The notes under the pieces are model-generated. The model saw only the letters and a list, made by a program, of their open reading frames with translations. It was not told the origin of the DNA and did not search any database. A DNA stretch of 64,000 bases from Eledone cirrhosa (lineage: Eukaryota), in NCBI GenBank assembly GCA_964016885.1, contig OZ024742.1, positions 288,176,001-288,240,000 on the forward strand. The letters run 5' to 3'. The translations under genes were made by a program, and so were the position numbers. This document shows, one piece after another, positions 1 to 13,374 of the stretch (positions are counted from its first letter, which is position 1; each line of letters starts with the position of its first letter).

Positions 1-7
1 CAGCCCC

Positions 8-2734
8 GTGTTCTTTATCGCTGCCGCTGGTGACGCTTACCATGCGTTACTGGGTTCTTTCCCGGAGCTCACGGATAGAAATTTTCGAGTCACTGACCCA
101 ACACACTCGACCGAACATTTTGTTTCCACCACCGGTGCCCCAGTGTTTTCGCGTCCACGCCGCTTACCGACGGAAAAATTAAAGGCGGCACGGTCCGAGT
201 TCGACCATATGCTGCAGCTGGGCATTATTCGCCCATCTACGAGTCCTTGGGCTTCACCGTTACACATGGTGCCCAAGACTTCCGGCGACTGGAGACCCAC
301 GGGGGATTATAGGAGGTTAAATGCCATGACCGTCCCGGATAGGTATCCCATTCCCCATCTCCACGATTTTGCATCTTCACTGCAGGGGTGTAAGATTTTT
401 TCTAAGTTAGATTTAGTGCGAGCCTACCACCAAATTCCGGTCAGGAAGGAGGATATTCCGAAAACTGCAATTACAACCCCTTTCGGATCATTCGAATTTT
501 TGACCATGCCTTTCGGACTCAGGAACGCCGCTAGCACTTTTCAGCGGTTCATAGACGAGGTCACGCGTGGTCTGGACTTCGTCTATGCTTACATAGACGA
601 TATTCTCGTCGCTAGTTCCTCTCCAGAAGAGCATATGCGCCACATGCTTCTCTTACTTCGGCGACTTCAGGATTACCGCGTTCGCGTGAATCCTGCAAAG
701 TGTGTTTTCGGTTCCACTTCCCTACATTTTTTAGGCCACCTCATCGACGCCGAAGGTATTAGGCCGCTCCCTGAGCGAGTTCAAGCCATACAGGAGTTAC
801 CGCCGCCTACTACACTTCACCAGTTGCGTCACTTCTTCGGCCTAATCAATTTCTATAGGCGTTTCATTCCTCATTGTGCTAATTGGCTATCTTCCCTTAC
901 TGACATTTTAAAAAATCGTCGTAAGAAGAATGAAGACATTTCCTTGACACAAGGACAGCTTCAGGACTTCCAGTCTGCCAAGACAGCCCTCGCTAGTTCT
1001 TCTTTGCTAGCCCACCTGGTACCAGATGCCAAGCTTTCGCTTTGTGTTGATGCATCTGATACCGCTGTGGGAGCAGTTTTACAGCAGTCTTACGCTGAAA
1101 ACCAACAACCTTTGGCATTTTTCTCGAGGAAGTTGAAACCAGCAGAAACGCGTTATAGCACGTTTGGGCGGGAATTATTAGCCATATATCTGTCGGTGAA
1201 ACATTTCTCTCATATCCTTGAGGGGAGAAATTTTACGGTTTTTACCGACCACAAACCGTTGACCTTCGCTTTGAGGGCCAAAGCCGACAGATATTCGCCC
1301 AGAGAGACAAGGCATCTGGACTACGTTTCACAATTTACAAACGATATCCAGCACATTGCCGGCTCGCACAACATAGTTGCAGACGCATTATCACGTTTGC
1401 CAATTAGCTCCATCTCGTCGTCCCAGGATATCGATTTAGGTCGTTTAGCTGCAGACCAACCTGCACTCCAATCGTTGGACACTCTTTCTACTGAATTTGC
1501 GACTTGCATTTTCAAATATCTGCCCTTGTCCACCACCGACAGGCAGATTCTTTGTGATGTATCCACTGATGCACCACGACCACTTGTTCCTGAGACTCAC
1601 CGTCGAATCGTGTTCCTGACTCTGCACAACATTTCTCATCCAGGATCTGCTGCCACAGTTAAACTCATAACAGCCAGATTCTTCTGGCCTAATATGAGGC
1701 GCGACATTGCTGCTTGGTGCCGTTCCTGTATCGCTTGCCAGAAATCGAAGATCCATAGACACATCCGGACTCCACTGGGTACTTTCACCACTCCAGATGC
1801 TCGGTTCCAACACATCCACATTGACATCGTTGGACCTTGGCCATTCAGCAGTGGATATTCCTACATATTGACGTGTGTCGATCGTTTTTCGCGATGGCCT
1901 GAAGCCATCCCTTTACAAGACATGACTGCTGAGACTGTAGCACGTGCCCTGGTATCAGGGTGGGTTACCCGCTTTGGGGTACCAACTACACTCACCACAG
2001 ACCGCGGTAGACAATTCGAGTCCCATCTCTTCTTTGAGCTCACCAAAATAATTGGAGCTCAACGGATTCGGACCACGGCCTATCATCCTACTTCAAATGG
2101 AATGGTGGAACGATTCCACCGCCAATTAAAGGCCGCTCTTCGCGCCTATCCAGACTCTCAACGTTGGAGCGAGTACCTTCCTATTGTGTTATTAGGAATT
2201 CGGTCATCAATAAAGGAGGACCTTGGGTTCTCCCCGGCCGAATTAATTTACGGTGCTCCTCTAGCGTTGCCTGGGCAAATGCTTGCCCCTGTTGATCTTG
2301 CTTTCCAAGATCCGCTTTCCTACGTATCCCGTCTGCGTTCTTATTTACAGGACCTGCCGCCGATGGATACGAGGAAGCAAACTGTAAAACATGCGGTCCC
2401 GAGGGACATTGCCTCGTGGACCCATGTGTTCGTAAGGAACGATGCTGTGAGACCACCCCTCACACAACCATACTCTGGACCCTACCGTGTGTTAGCACGC
2501 ACTGACAAACATTTCACTGTAGACGTTAAGGGGTCCAGAGAGACAATTTCGGTGGATAGACTGAAAAGGGCACACAATGACGCTCATACACCCGAGCCAC
2601 AAATACCCCAATCTTTCACCATTGTGCATACACCTGCTCCTTCTGCCCCACCTTCACCTACATACAAGACTACGACCCGTTCCGGTCGGAGAGTCCACTG
2701 GCCCAAAAAGTTCTGCCAAACTATTTTTATGTGA
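8..2734 (+). CDS. pol: Gypsy pol polyprotein, N-terminally partial (RT, RNase H, integrase)
   Basis: MPFGLRNA and YIDD RT motifs; DAS...RELLAI...TDHKPL...ADALSR RNase H; H-x4-H...CxxC zinc motif; integrase D(HIDIVG), D(TTDRG), E(MVERFH); GPY motif near the C-terminus. Confidence 0.95.
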   Translation: MFFIAAAGDAYHALLGSFPELTDRNFRVTDPTHSTEHFVSTTGAPVFSRPRRLPTEKLKAARSEFDHMLQLGIIRPSTSPWASPLHMVPKTSGDWRPTGDYRRLNAMTVPDRYPIPHLHDFASSLQGCKIFSKLDLVRAYHQIPVRKEDIPKTAITTPFGSFEFLTMPFGLRNAASTFQRFIDEVTRGLDFVYAYIDDILVASSSPEEHMRHMLLLLRRLQDYRVRVNPAKCVFGSTSLHFLGHLIDAEGIRPLPERVQAIQELPPPTTLHQLRHFFGLINFYRRFIPHCANWLSSLTDILKNRRKKNEDISLTQGQLQDFQSAKTALASSSLLAHLVPDAKLSLCVDASDTAVGAVLQQSYAENQQPLAFFSRKLKPAETRYSTFGRELLAIYLSVKHFSHILEGRNFTVFTDHKPLTFALRAKADRYSPRETRHLDYVSQFTNDIQHIAGSHNIVADALSRLPISSISSSQDIDLGRLAADQPALQSLDTLSTEFATCIFKYLPLSTTDRQILCDVSTDAPRPLVPETHRRIVFLTLHNISHPGSAATVKLITARFFWPNMRRDIAAWCRSCIACQKSKIHRHIRTPLGTFTTPDARFQHIHIDIVGPWPFSSGYSYILTCVDRFSRWPEAIPLQDMTAETVARALVSGWVTRFGVPTTLTTDRGRQFESHLFFELTKIIGAQRIRTTAYHPTSNGMVERFHRQLKAALRAYPDSQRWSEYLPIVLLGIRSSIKEDLGFSPAELIYGAPLALPGQMLAPVDLAFQDPLSYVSRLRSYLQDLPPMDTRKQTVKHAVPRDIASWTHVFVRNDAVRPPLTQPYSGPYRVLARTDKHFTVDVKGSRETISVDRLKRAHNDAHTPEPQIPQSFTIVHTPAPSAPPSPTYKTTTRSGRRVHWPKKFCQTIFM

Positions 2735-2750
2735 ACTGGCCATTGGAGCC

Positions 2751-2782
<32 letters not shown>

Positions 2783-3348
2783 TGCTGTTCTTATCTATTG
2801 ATTTATTGTATTGCAATGTACCTCTCATTACCATTTCACTGGATGTATATATATGTTTTTCGTTTCCTTTACAACGAACATTTTAAGCTATATTCTTCTA
2901 TTTGCCGGTTTATAAATTTACCACGTAAATTTACCGTTGATAACCGCGCATTTATTAAGAATGCTTATTTCTCTGGTCGCTGGCCCCTTGACCCTTCCAG
3001 GCCAACGCATTCACAACATCAGCGACAACTACACAGCTTCATCAACAACTAAAACCAACAGAACAAGCCAGACAATTTATTTCTGCAGCACTCTGCCTGT
3101 GAGAAATTACCTTCGGAAGTTGGACATTTCATGTTATACCACAGACCAGAAACCACCTGCATTCATTCTCTGGAACACATTCTTTACTACTGTCATGTGA
3201 CTGCACACATGTTAACTGTATTTTAGATATTTGAACTTTTGACCTCTTCTCTTACTTCCATTACTCTGTACCATATTGTTCATGCCTCTTACATGCTCGC
3301 CATCTTACTCCATGCATGCTTCTTTCGATTTTTATGTTTTAAAAATCT

Positions 3349-3360
3349 GGCGGGGGATAA
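3349..3360 (+). other. Polypurine tract of the gypsy element
   Basis: ggcgggggataa immediately before the LTR TG. Confidence 0.75.
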
Positions 3361-3726
3361 TGTAGTAAGAGTTGCCTCCCCTGCCACGACAATCGAATCG
3401 CTGTTCTCTAGACAGGAAGTAGGTGGAGTTGCTTCCCTTTGGGATTGACCAGACTCCCTAGTGGTCACTTCCGGTCAACAGATATAAAAGGAGCGATTTA
3501 CCGCGAAATCTCTCTCTCGCCTCCTGATTCCTGAAGTGGTAACATCTTCGACCATAACTTGTGATTCCTTCTGGACGACCCTTTCGTTACCAAGCACAAT
3601 GCAGCTTGCAGCCTGAGATGAGAGCGCCAAGATGTTTCTACCAACTTCAGAATTGTATTATTACCATCGGGTAACAAACCCTTATATTATATGCCTTTGA
3701 CTTCTATGAAGTAAAACGTTATTACA
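3361..3726 (+). repeat. 3' LTR (about 366 bp)
   Basis: Begins TGTAGTAA and ends TTATTACA (7/8 inverted match); ACTTCCGG and TATAAAA near 3467-3489; AGTAAA poly(A)-like signal near 3710. Confidence 0.85.
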
Positions 3727-4734
3727 CACACACACACCAGTATTTACTGTCTTTTATATTATGTTGCATGTACACCGATATTATTTCCTAAAGGTTTCTC
3801 TTATTTTAAAGACTCTTCATATTCCACGTTGCAAATTAAGAAAAAATTCGTTAATTATACGTAGTAGTTCTAGACATTCTGCTCACGGGCTGAACCAGGC
3901 AGATAGAATCAACTATTAAGATACAAATGATCCAACACCTTTCTTTATTATTTTTCACTACTTCAGTAAACCGTGTCTTTTAGCTTTTACCATCAACTTG
4001 AAGTTTGTTACTGAAATCTTAGTTATCTTCGTTATAAGCACAGTTGACGAAACTAAGTTTAGAGTCTTCGGCTAGTATCTTTAATTGAAATTTATTATAT
4101 TTATTTTTATCAATTTCTCCCTCCCCTTTCCTTTTTTTCTGTCAACATCTCCCTTTCTTCAACCGTCTTTCTGGTTTTCTTTCTTATTCTCTTCCTCCCA
4201 ATCTCTTTATATATTATTCTCTTTCTCCCAATCTCTTTATATATATTCTCTATCTCCCAACATCTCTAGCTATACCTCATACCTCGTGTTTATTTCTTAC
4301 TCTCTCCGTCCCTCTTTCTGTTTCTCAGGTTTACACTATCCCTTTCCTCTTTTTGTGTTTCTCTGTAACCACTTTCTGATTATATCTCAAACTTCCATCA
4401 TTCTTTCTCTCTCTCTCTCACACACACACACGCACACACTCTCACTCTCTATTCTTGAGAGTGTGAGAGTTATCTCCCTTGAGAATAGGTTTTTCAACGC
4501 GTCTCCATAATCAAACATTCGGCAAAGAGCGTTCTTCAACTCTGTCCTGGCTTGTATCAATGGCGTAGCGACGACTTATGTTGCTGATATCCACATCTCA
4601 TGAGAGACACACACAAACACGTAAATTCATATCTCCTTAGATGCCCCCCACCCCACCAAATCTACAAAAACTTTATACCTGCGAAAAGTAGGACCGATAA
4701 TCAACTATAATAAAATTCGCAGTAAATAAAAATA

Positions 4735-5081
4735 ATTGTTTCTACTTTTGGCACAAGGCCAGAAATTATTTCAGTGTATTACTGGTACTTTATTTTATCG
4801 ACCCCGTAAGGATGAAAGGCAAAATTAACCTCGGCGGGATTTGAACTCAGAATGGCAAGGGCCGTAACTCTTTGATTTCTAGTATAGGCACAAGGCCAAT
4901 AGTTTTGGGGGAGGGGAAAGTCGTTTAAATCGACCCTAGTACGTTACTGATACTTTATTTTATCGACCCCGTAAGGATGAAAGGCAAAGCTAACCACTTT
5001 GGGATTTGAGCTCAGACCGTGAAGGGCCATAACTCAATGCTGCAAAGCATGGTGTCCGACCCTCTACCGATACTGCCAATT
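4735..5081 (-). mobile_element. Octopus-type tRNA-derived SINE, two tandem copies
   Basis: Reverse complement of ...ctgagttcaaatcccgccgaggttaactttgcctttcatccttacggggtcgataaaataaagtaccagt, which contains a B box and recurs throughout the window. Confidence 0.8.
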
Positions 5082-5574
5082 AAAAATAATGTCAATATTA
5101 CACCTCCATCACCACTAAAATCAATCACTGTATTGAACCTCCGTCGTTTTCGACGATGAGTATTTCAGTTGTTTGATCAACGGAACAGTCTGCTTTTGAG
5201 ATAACGCACTGCCGGGAATCGAACTCACCGCCTTACGACTCTCACTTCGACGTTGCACTATGTCATATCACCTGACCATAACTGACCAATGAAATCCCAA
5301 TAAAACTACTTCCGTCCATTTCTCTGTTTGTTTTCTTTCCGGAAACCAGTACATATCTGCATGATAAACCTCAGTGAACTAACTCTATATTTAACACTTT
5401 ATTTCACCTCGTCTACCTACGAAATGTGCACATTTAAACATATTGCATCAACTCGACCGTCATTATTCACTGAATGATATTTACATCAGCGCCAGGTATT
5501 TATTAATAATGTTCTCTTCTTTTTTTCGCCCGTCAATGTAATATTTCAATCATCAATATTACATTGTTGGAGTA

Positions 5575-5822
5575 CTGTCGGGTCTCAAATAATCGTCTCC
5601 ACTCCGCTTATTAAATTTTGCTAATCTGTCCGGCGAAATTTTATTTTAAGTGTAGCATTCCTTCGACAATTAATTATCTTTATACATAACAGAAAATGTA
5701 CATTACTAGAAATCCCGTAACAAAGTAAATAGGATGGGTTGGGGTCTCAATATGTAAACTAAACGATTAATTCTGTTGTTTTTTAAAAAACACCCACTCC
5801 ACTATTATTTGGAATCCGAGGG
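5575..5822. mobile_element. TA-flanked MITE (Tc1/mariner/pogo type)
   Basis: Imperfect TIRs ctgtcgggtctcaaataat / attatttggaatccgaggg flanked by TA; related copies at 12144-12431 and 51942-52310. Confidence 0.65.
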
Positions 5823-6039
5823 TACTTTGTGAAAAAAATGTCAAGTGTATTTGAGATCAAGTGACGATGGACTCCTCGTGGTACCAAATATTAACAAGAA
5901 GAGTTGTGGTGATCGGGTTTTCTGTAAGTCAGCTCCACCTCTGTAACAAGCGTCCTCTACCAACGGCATCATGTGTCAGATATTAGATCAAATCTGTAGA
6001 CTTATCTTTCATTGCTTGTATCAAAACCTTTGGGTTATA

Positions 6040-6550
6040 TATTGGGTAGTCAAGAATGAAATTTGTTATGAGGCATATGGTCAATTTTGACAGCTTATTT
6101 CACGTTGGTATTATATTGCCACACATATTTCCTCTTTCTAAATCATTTTGCGCTTTAAAAAATATTAAAAATCTTTTTTATTATTCTTGTTTAGAGATGG
6201 AGAAGTCGGAAATTCGTACAATTATGAAATATGAGTTCTTACGTGGAAATACACCATCGCAGACAGCTAGGAATATTAATGGTGTATTTTGCTCTAATAT
6301 TACTACACAGCAGACAGTATCAAATTGGTTTGCGAAATTTCGTTCTGGTAACTTTGACCTCACGAATGAGCCACGCGGTCGGCGAAAATCAAAGGTGAAT
6401 AATGAGGAACTGAAAGTCATCGTCGAGGCAGATCCATCTCAAAGTGCACATGAATTATCGTTGATGTTTGGGGTTAGCAAGCAAACAATATCAACTCACC
6501 TAGCTGAAGTCGGTAAAGTGAAAAAGCTGGATAAGTGGCTAAATAAATGA
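6040..6550 (+). mobile_element. Mariner transposase 5' fragment (HTH region)
   Basis: MEKSEIRTIMKYEF...NWFAKFRSGNFDLTNEPRGRR...GKVKKLDKW; truncated before the catalytic domain. Confidence 0.85.
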
Positions 6551-6903
6551 CGGATTAAGGCGTCGTCTATGTACATTCGGTAAATTTATAGAACACCCCC
6601 TCTCAATTTCAGTAGGGAAAATTTTCCCACGTTTTTTTTTTTTCATGTGCTATCAACTTATCAAACATCCGAGATGCTGGCAATCGTCTTTTCCCCCAGG
6701 GAAAACGGAAACTCTTACCGTGAAGCTTCCTTATTAGTTTGTTTGAAATAGCAGAAAGGTTTAATTACATATTTTAACTATGAAATTTTGATCTGTTATT
6801 TCGCACAAAGTCATGAGGGATCTCTCAACATACAAACAGCAACCAAATGCCCCCATTTGTGTGATGTATATACACATCATCTTTTTTTATAAATCTATGG
6901 TAG

Positions 6904-7110
6904 CAATTCTACCATAGATTTATATAAACAGTGTTATATTTGTGCTGTATAACATCCTCTGTTGTTTAAAAGATGATAAATATTGATGATGTATCTGAAG
7001 TAAACAATTCTGTTATGGCAATGTCATCTGATATTCTGAAATAATAAAAGCAACAGTATAAGATATAGAGGATACTTAAAATGTAGGGATTCGGTGGTGG
7101 AAATTTGACC
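6904..7110 (-). pseudogene. Orphan ZNF intron-end / exon-start fragment
   Basis: Matches the acceptor region shared by the ZNF paralogues (ttattatttcag|aatatcagatga); AG at 7036-7037 on the minus strand; no finger array follows. Confidence 0.75.
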
Positions 7111-8461
7111 AATAGGATAAACTGTAGGATAGGACTTTACTTTGGAACCCTCAACTAGGACTAACTCTTTCGATGAAGTGTAACAAGTCATACACCACCT
7201 GCAATTTACTTTTATTTCCATGGCTGTATGTTTTTGAACCCTGAACCATACATCACTCTCAATTAACAATGTTTGGCTGAATTTATCGCCGTTTGGAAGA
7301 GTCCATTGCTTTTATTTTTACTTTAAGGTTTGTCTTGTATACATATAAGCTATTGTTGGTAGGTAACACAATTCATTTAATAAACATGATTTAGAAAGGA
7401 GACAAACGGCTGAAATGGAGTTCCTCCAAAGGGTCTTTGAAGTAATGTTACTCAATAGAGAGTGTGAGTAGCTTGGAGATCAGAGAGTCACTCCAGGTAG
7501 AGCTACTACTTCTCTAAATTGAGAGACCACAGCTCTGATACTATGGACATCTTAGAATGTCTCCAGAAAGAATCAGTGGACAGATTTTACAGGCAAAACC
7601 AACCGGCAGGAGACTCGGGGGTAGATCCCAAGCAAAACTGTTACATAACATCCATGAGCTTGGCTGGTCTCACTTGGGAATCCAGCTGGAGTTGGTTACT
7701 TCTGACAACCCGCTTGAAGGAGTTTGATTATTCTGCCCCCCCCCCCCCCCCCCAAGTTCCTCTCGGGAATAAGTGGGCGAAGAACATTAATATAAAATAA
7801 TCTGAGAAAAATAACATTGATATGCAGGCTCAATAACATTGATATGCAGGCTCAATTACACAGGGCAATTAAAAAAAATGTAGCTATCCAAGGCACAGAC
7901 AGCATTGCCGAAGGTAATAGCAAAGCTAAGGTGATGATAACTTGATAGCTCAGTAAGGCTGGGTGATACTAAGGTTAAAGCCCTGTAATAGCCAGTCACC
8001 TTTATTAGCATTACCTTATATTTCAGTAAGGTGATCCGCCAACGATGAAAAGGCCGTTGTTGTCAGCATCCCAAATCCTTCTGAACGTCTCAAACGTCAC
8101 ATGATAAAAGAAATAGTTTACAGATAAATCACAGTATTTCACAAGTTTATTTTGTGTGACTACGGAAGCAGTGACAACAAACTTACCCCCGCAACAGCTA
8201 CTGGAGGTGTGCACCAAAAGATAAACTGAACAATCCTAAATTGTATTACGAATCTTATGACAGAGCAAAGGAAAAGAAACGTGATGTAGATGATGAGAGA
8301 AGAAAAGACAATTGAATAATATTAAGAATGATGGTGATGATAATAAAGACACGGTTAAGTGGAATTTGTGGATTTCATTGGTCAGGTGATAAGTTAGAGT
8401 GCGATGTTAAGCAAGGAAAGGGAAGGTAGTAGAAATATATTGTGACTGAGAACTGCTATAT

Positions 8462-8990
8462 ATGTATTTGGTTGAGTCATAAATAATCTGGGGTTTTTTT
8501 AAAGCAGATTGTAACTACGTATTTCAAACTTCCAATGTTTTAAACACAACTGGAAATCACCTGATTACAGAGTCATTCTTATTTCATTAATGAATGAGTG
8601 CGCATCATAATTTAATCTATGATTTCACATCCCGAAAGTCCATATGTGACACGTAATGTGGGACTTTAAGAATAACAAAAACGCTACAGTAACAGCTAAG
8701 AAAATTTGTAGTGTTTATGGCCAATGTGTCATTACTGACCTCCAAGTCTGAAACTGGTTTTAAAAATTACGTTCTGAGGATACGTCATTGAGAGATGAAC
8801 CCAGTCCAGGACACTCATCAGACATCGATCAAGATGCTTTAAAAGCATTGGTGGAATGGAGTCCGCACAAAAGTACTCGAGAATTAGCACTTGAATTCAA
8901 CAGATCCCAATCCACAATCTGCCGCCACTTGGAAAAAGGAAAAGTGAGCAGGCTGGGCATTTGGGTCCCTCATACTCTTAACAAAGAGAA
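8462..8990 (+). mobile_element. Degenerate mariner transposase fragment (second family)
   Basis: KNATVTAKKICSVYG..., LRDEPSPG..., KSTRELALEF...GIWVPHTL (WVPHEL-like motif); contains stops. Confidence 0.8.
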
Positions 8991-9011
8991 GATAACGAAC
9001 GAAAAAAAAAA

Positions 9012-9482
9012 AAATGAGGAAATTGGGTACAGTGCTCAGGTGCACTACAATTCACCAGAGGTGCATGTATAGTACATAGAATAATGTACAAATGTCAGGA
9101 AAGTGAATAGTGTGAGTCATGATATACTTGTGTGGATGTGTATGGAGGGGGCATGTCAGGTCTAGTGTCTGCGAATTTCAGGAAGCATGGAGGTTTTAAA
9201 GGATACAGTGTCGGCAGTTAACAACTGATACAGGTAATTTGTTCCATGCTTCAACAACTCTGTGTGTGATAAAATATTTCCGAAAATCATGGGAGCTGTG
9301 CTGTTTTCTGATGCCCATGTATATTAGACACATGGAATTCAAAAAGTTGCTCAGTGTTGTTCGCAAGATAATAATTTTGGTGTTTACCAAATTAGTTGCC
9401 AGACGGAGCTTCAACGAATCAGTGCCCAGGGAAGCAAGGCGTTCAGAGTATGGTAGATGCCTGATGGAGGGCATTCGCTTCA
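9012..9482 (-). mobile_element. CR1-type LINE 3' fragment
   Basis: IRHLPYSERLASL...HRVVEAWNKLP; same family as 45000-45527. Confidence 0.8.
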
Positions 9483-11036
9483 TACTAATGTTATGGAGTA
9501 TATTGCTTTTTCAGATGATGTCTATTGGAACTGAAAAAGATCATGCTATGGTTATTTCACAACATTTAAAATCCAAGGCCAATGCTACCATTTAATCGGC
9601 AGTTTACTCCCCCAGCCTAATAAGGAAGTTTTATGATTGTTTTTTTTTTTTGTCTCACCTCATACCAGACAACACATCCAATACAGTCATTTTCTCTTTT
9701 ATCCATCTCTTAACTGTTCTCCCAGGTGAAGCCAGATACTTCAGCTAGAATATATATACACACAGCGCATGCACAGAGGTTAAATCCAATTTTAGGTTGC
9801 AAACCAGGTGAACGCACCTTATTTGAGTTACTGTACTTTATATATATATGGACCATAATAATGCGCCATGTGTTTGTATATAATATATATATCCCCGTGA
9901 GTAAGTCTTGACAATTCACACACACACATACACACCCAATAAATTTCCTACATCAGTTATGTTGCTACAATAAGTTTGTTTTCCAATCATCAAGTCATGG
10001 GTCCTAACACCACATTTTGCCATGTAGTTTGTTTTTTTTCTAAGTTAATTACGTATGACATTTGTACATATATGCTGAACATTTTTGTAATTAATCTTAT
10101 AAATAAATTAAGAAAAAATATCTTTAATTTCATAATTATGGTTTTTCAAGCAGTGAACTACTGTGGTGCCACTCCATTGATTGTAGCTTTGTCTGGGGAT
10201 CATAATGATGAAGCCAAGTTTCATCTCTGACTAAATTAGCCATAAAATCAAACTGCTGCAAAACTGGTCCAAAATCGCCTTTGATGGTGTCACTCTGAAG
10301 CGCTTCTCATCTGCATTCAAGAGTTTCAGCACCCATTTTGCAGAAAGCTCTTTCATGGGAAATCCCAAGTCTCAGCTATGACTTTAGCTAAAATCCAGTG
10401 ATCCTCAAGAATCGTGACATGTACAGCGTCAGCTTTGTCCTCTGTGGTTGCGGAAGTTAGTCGTGCTGACCAGGCTTTACCTGTGACCTCGAAATGACCA
10501 GTCCGATTTTCACTAGAATAAGATTTCCTTCATCTAGCCATGGATTTCTGCCACTCCTTCGCCTCGCAAGAAGAGGACTTCCAGTAACTGCTTCAATTTT
10601 ACCAAACCCCACTGTAGGAGCAGCCATTATGCATTACATCTGCAGGAAATACTATCATAATATTTTTTTACATATCTTCTGTAAAGGTAACAGCTCTACC
10701 TTTTTGTGAAGATGCTGTTGTGGCCAGGTTTAGGAGATCAGCAAAATATTCTTTCCACCTCTTTTTAGAGAGAACCACAGAAGGGTTCCTAATGGCAGGT
10801 TTGAAGGGGGGGACTTATTATGATGTCAATGGATGCCAGAATACTTTAATTGCTCGGCTAAAGTCAGATTCCTGCTAAACACCAAAGTCCTCCCATATCT
10901 GAACCGTGGACGCCATTACTGTCACTGGCCATTTGTACTTGCTTGTACTACAAGTGCAAGAAGAAAGATTTATTTTCAAGCTACCCTTTGTAAGCCTTTG
11001 CTTGGATGGCATCTTTAATTTCTTCATTGAACCAGG

Positions 11037-13374
11037 GATCCAACATCTTTCTTAATTCTTTTTCACTACTACAGTGAACCATGTCTTGTAGCTTTTACCA
11101 TCAACTTGAAGTTTGTTACTGAAATTTTAGTTATCTTCGTTATAAACACAATTGACGAAACTAAGTTCAGAGTCTTCGGCTAGTGTCTTTAATTGAAATT
11201 TATTATTTATTTTTATCAATTTCTCTTCCCTTCTATTTTTTTTTTCAACCGTCTTTCTGTTTTCTCTCTTATTCTCTTTCTCCCAAACTATATATATTCT
11301 CTATCTACATCTCACACTTCGTGTTTATTTCTTACTCTCTCCGTCCCTCTTTCTGTTTCTCAGGTTTACACTGTCCCTTTTTCCTTTTGTGCTTCTCTCT
11401 CTCAATTCTTGAGAGTTATCTCCCTTGAGAATAGGTTTTTCAACGCATTCGCCAGAGAGCGTCCTTCAACCCTGTCCTGTCTTGTATCAATGGCGTAGCG
11501 ATGACATGTGTTGCTGATATCTACATCTGTCGAGACACATAAGTTCATATTTCCTTCGATGTCCCCCCCCCCCCCCCAATGTACACAATTTTATATCTGC
11601 GAAAAGTGGGACCGATAATCAACAATAATAAAATTTGCAGTAAATAAAAATAATATCAATATTACACCTCCATCACTCACTGTATTGAACCTCCGTCATT
11701 TTCTGCGATGAGTATTTCAGCTGTTTGATCAACGGAACAGTTTGCTTTTGAAATAACGCACTGCCGGGAACCGAACTCACCGCCTTACGACTCTCACTTC
11801 GACGTTGCACTATGTCCTATCACCTGACCATAACTGACCAATGAAATCACAATAAAACTACTTCCGTTCATTTCTCTGGGGTTTTTTTCCCGGAAACCAG
11901 TACATATCTGCATGTTGCTCAATATTCAGATACAAACCTCAGTGAACTAACTCTACTGTTAACACTTTATTTCACCTCGTCTCCCTACTAAATGTGCACA
12001 TTTAAACATTGCATCAACTCGACCGTCATTATTCACTGAATAATATTTACATCAGCGCCAGGTATTTATTAATAATGTTCTCTTTTTTTTTTTTTCGCCC
12101 GTCAATGTAATATTTCAATCATCAATATTACATTGTTGGAGTACTGTCGGGTCTCAAATAATCGTCTCCACTCCGCTTATTAAATTTTGCTAATCTGTCT
12201 CCGGCGAAATTTTATTTTAAGTGTAGCATTCCTTCGACAATTAATTATATCTATACACAACAGAAAAAGTACATTACTAGAAATCCCGTCGTTATAAAAT
12301 AAATAGGATGGGTTCGAGTCTCAATATGTAAACTAAACGATTAATTCTGTTTTGTTTTTTTAATCAATGAGAACAACCTAGAAAAATTACCTATTTTCCA
12401 CTCCAGTCGATTATTATTTGGGATCCGAGGCTACTTTGTGAAAAGAAGTCGAGTGTATTTGAGATCAAGTGACGATGGACTCCTCGTGGTACCAAATATT
12501 AACATGAAGAGTTGTGCTGATCGGGTTTTCAGCTCCATCTCTGTAAGAAGCCTCCTCTACCAACTGCACCATGTGTCAGCTCTCAGATCAAATCTGTAGA
12601 CTTATCTTTCATTGCTTGTATCAAAGTGTTTGGATTATATATTGGGTAGTCTATATTTTGACATTCTTTTGTTTTTGTTAGAAAGCTGCCAGACATATTT
12701 CCTCTTTCTAAATCATTTTGTGCTTTAAAAAATATTTAAAATCTTTTTTTATCAATCTTGTTTAAATATGAAGTCGGAAATTCGTACAATTATGAAATAT
12801 GAGTTCTTACGTGGAAATACACACCATCGCGGACAGCTCGGAATATTAATGATGTATTTTGCTCTAATATTACTACACAGCAGACTATTGAATTGGTTTG
12901 CAAAATTTCGTTCTTGTAACTTTGACCTCACGAATGAGCCACGCGGTCGGCGAATAATGAGGAACTGAAAGTCATCGTCGAGGCAGATCCATCTCAAAGT
13001 GCACATGAATTATCGTTGAATTTTTGGCGTTAGCAAGCAACCTAGCTGAAGTTGGATAAGTGGCTAAATAAATGACGGATTAAGGCGTCGTTTATGTACA
13101 TTCGGTAAATTTATAGAACACCCCTCTCAATTTCAGTGGGGGAAATTTTTTCATGTGCTATCAACTTATCTCACCCCGACTTTTTTTCCCGGGCAAACGG
13201 AAACTCTAACTGTGAAGCTTCCTTATTAGTTTGATGGAAATAGCAGAAAGGTTTAATTATATATTATAACTGAAATTTTGATCTGTTATTTCGCACAAAG
13301 TTATAAGTGAGTTTACGTGATCTCTCAACATACGAAAAGCTACCAAATGCCCGCACGTGTACATACACATCATC
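11037..13374 (+). repeat. Segmental duplication, copy B (upstream region of the ZNF at 14363)
   Basis: Colinear with 3929-6881; includes MITE 12144-12431 and a frameshifted mariner fragment at about 12640-13075. Confidence 0.9.
11820..12063 (+). promoter_or_regulatory. Putative promoter and non-coding first exon of the ZNF at 14363
   Basis: CCAAT box, ETS-like ACTTCCG and CCGGAA motifs, locally CpG-richer; donor CCAG|GTATTT at 12062; polypyrimidine acceptor AG at 14171-14172. Transcript structure is inferred. Confidence 0.45.

Larger units (their letters stand above)
1..3726 (+). mobile_element. Ty3/gypsy LTR retrotransposon, 3' half (5' part lies outside the window)
   Basis: Uninterrupted RT-RNaseH-integrase ORF (gypsy domain order), about 620 bp of 3' untranslated region, a purine tract, then a TG...CA LTR abutting a (CA)n run. 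Confidence 0.95.
3929..6881 (+). repeat. Segmental duplication, copy A (paralogous to 11037-13374)
   Basis: Long colinear near-identity with copy B, including the CT-rich block, promoter-like segment, MITE and mariner fragment; copy A has an extra SINE insert at about 4735-5081. Confidence 0.9.

Noticed and set aside
37-2456. Short minus-strand ORFs over gypsy pol (and similar ones opposite the RTE, mariner and ZNF ORFs)
   Set aside because: Antisense shadows of real coding frames with no independent motifs
2798-3448. Possible env-like ORF between pol and the LTR
   Set aside because: Only short overlapping ORFs under 90 aa, with no signal peptide, furin site or transmembrane organisation
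4085-4510. Hydrophobic F/S/L-rich ORFs (also 11183-11498, 53061-53571, 53974-54367)
   Set aside because: Translations of CT-rich low-complexity DNA; the frame is not kept between the duplicated copies
7810-7856. 22-bp exact tandem duplication (aataacattgatatgcaggctc)
   Set aside because: Ordinary slippage duplication with no further structure
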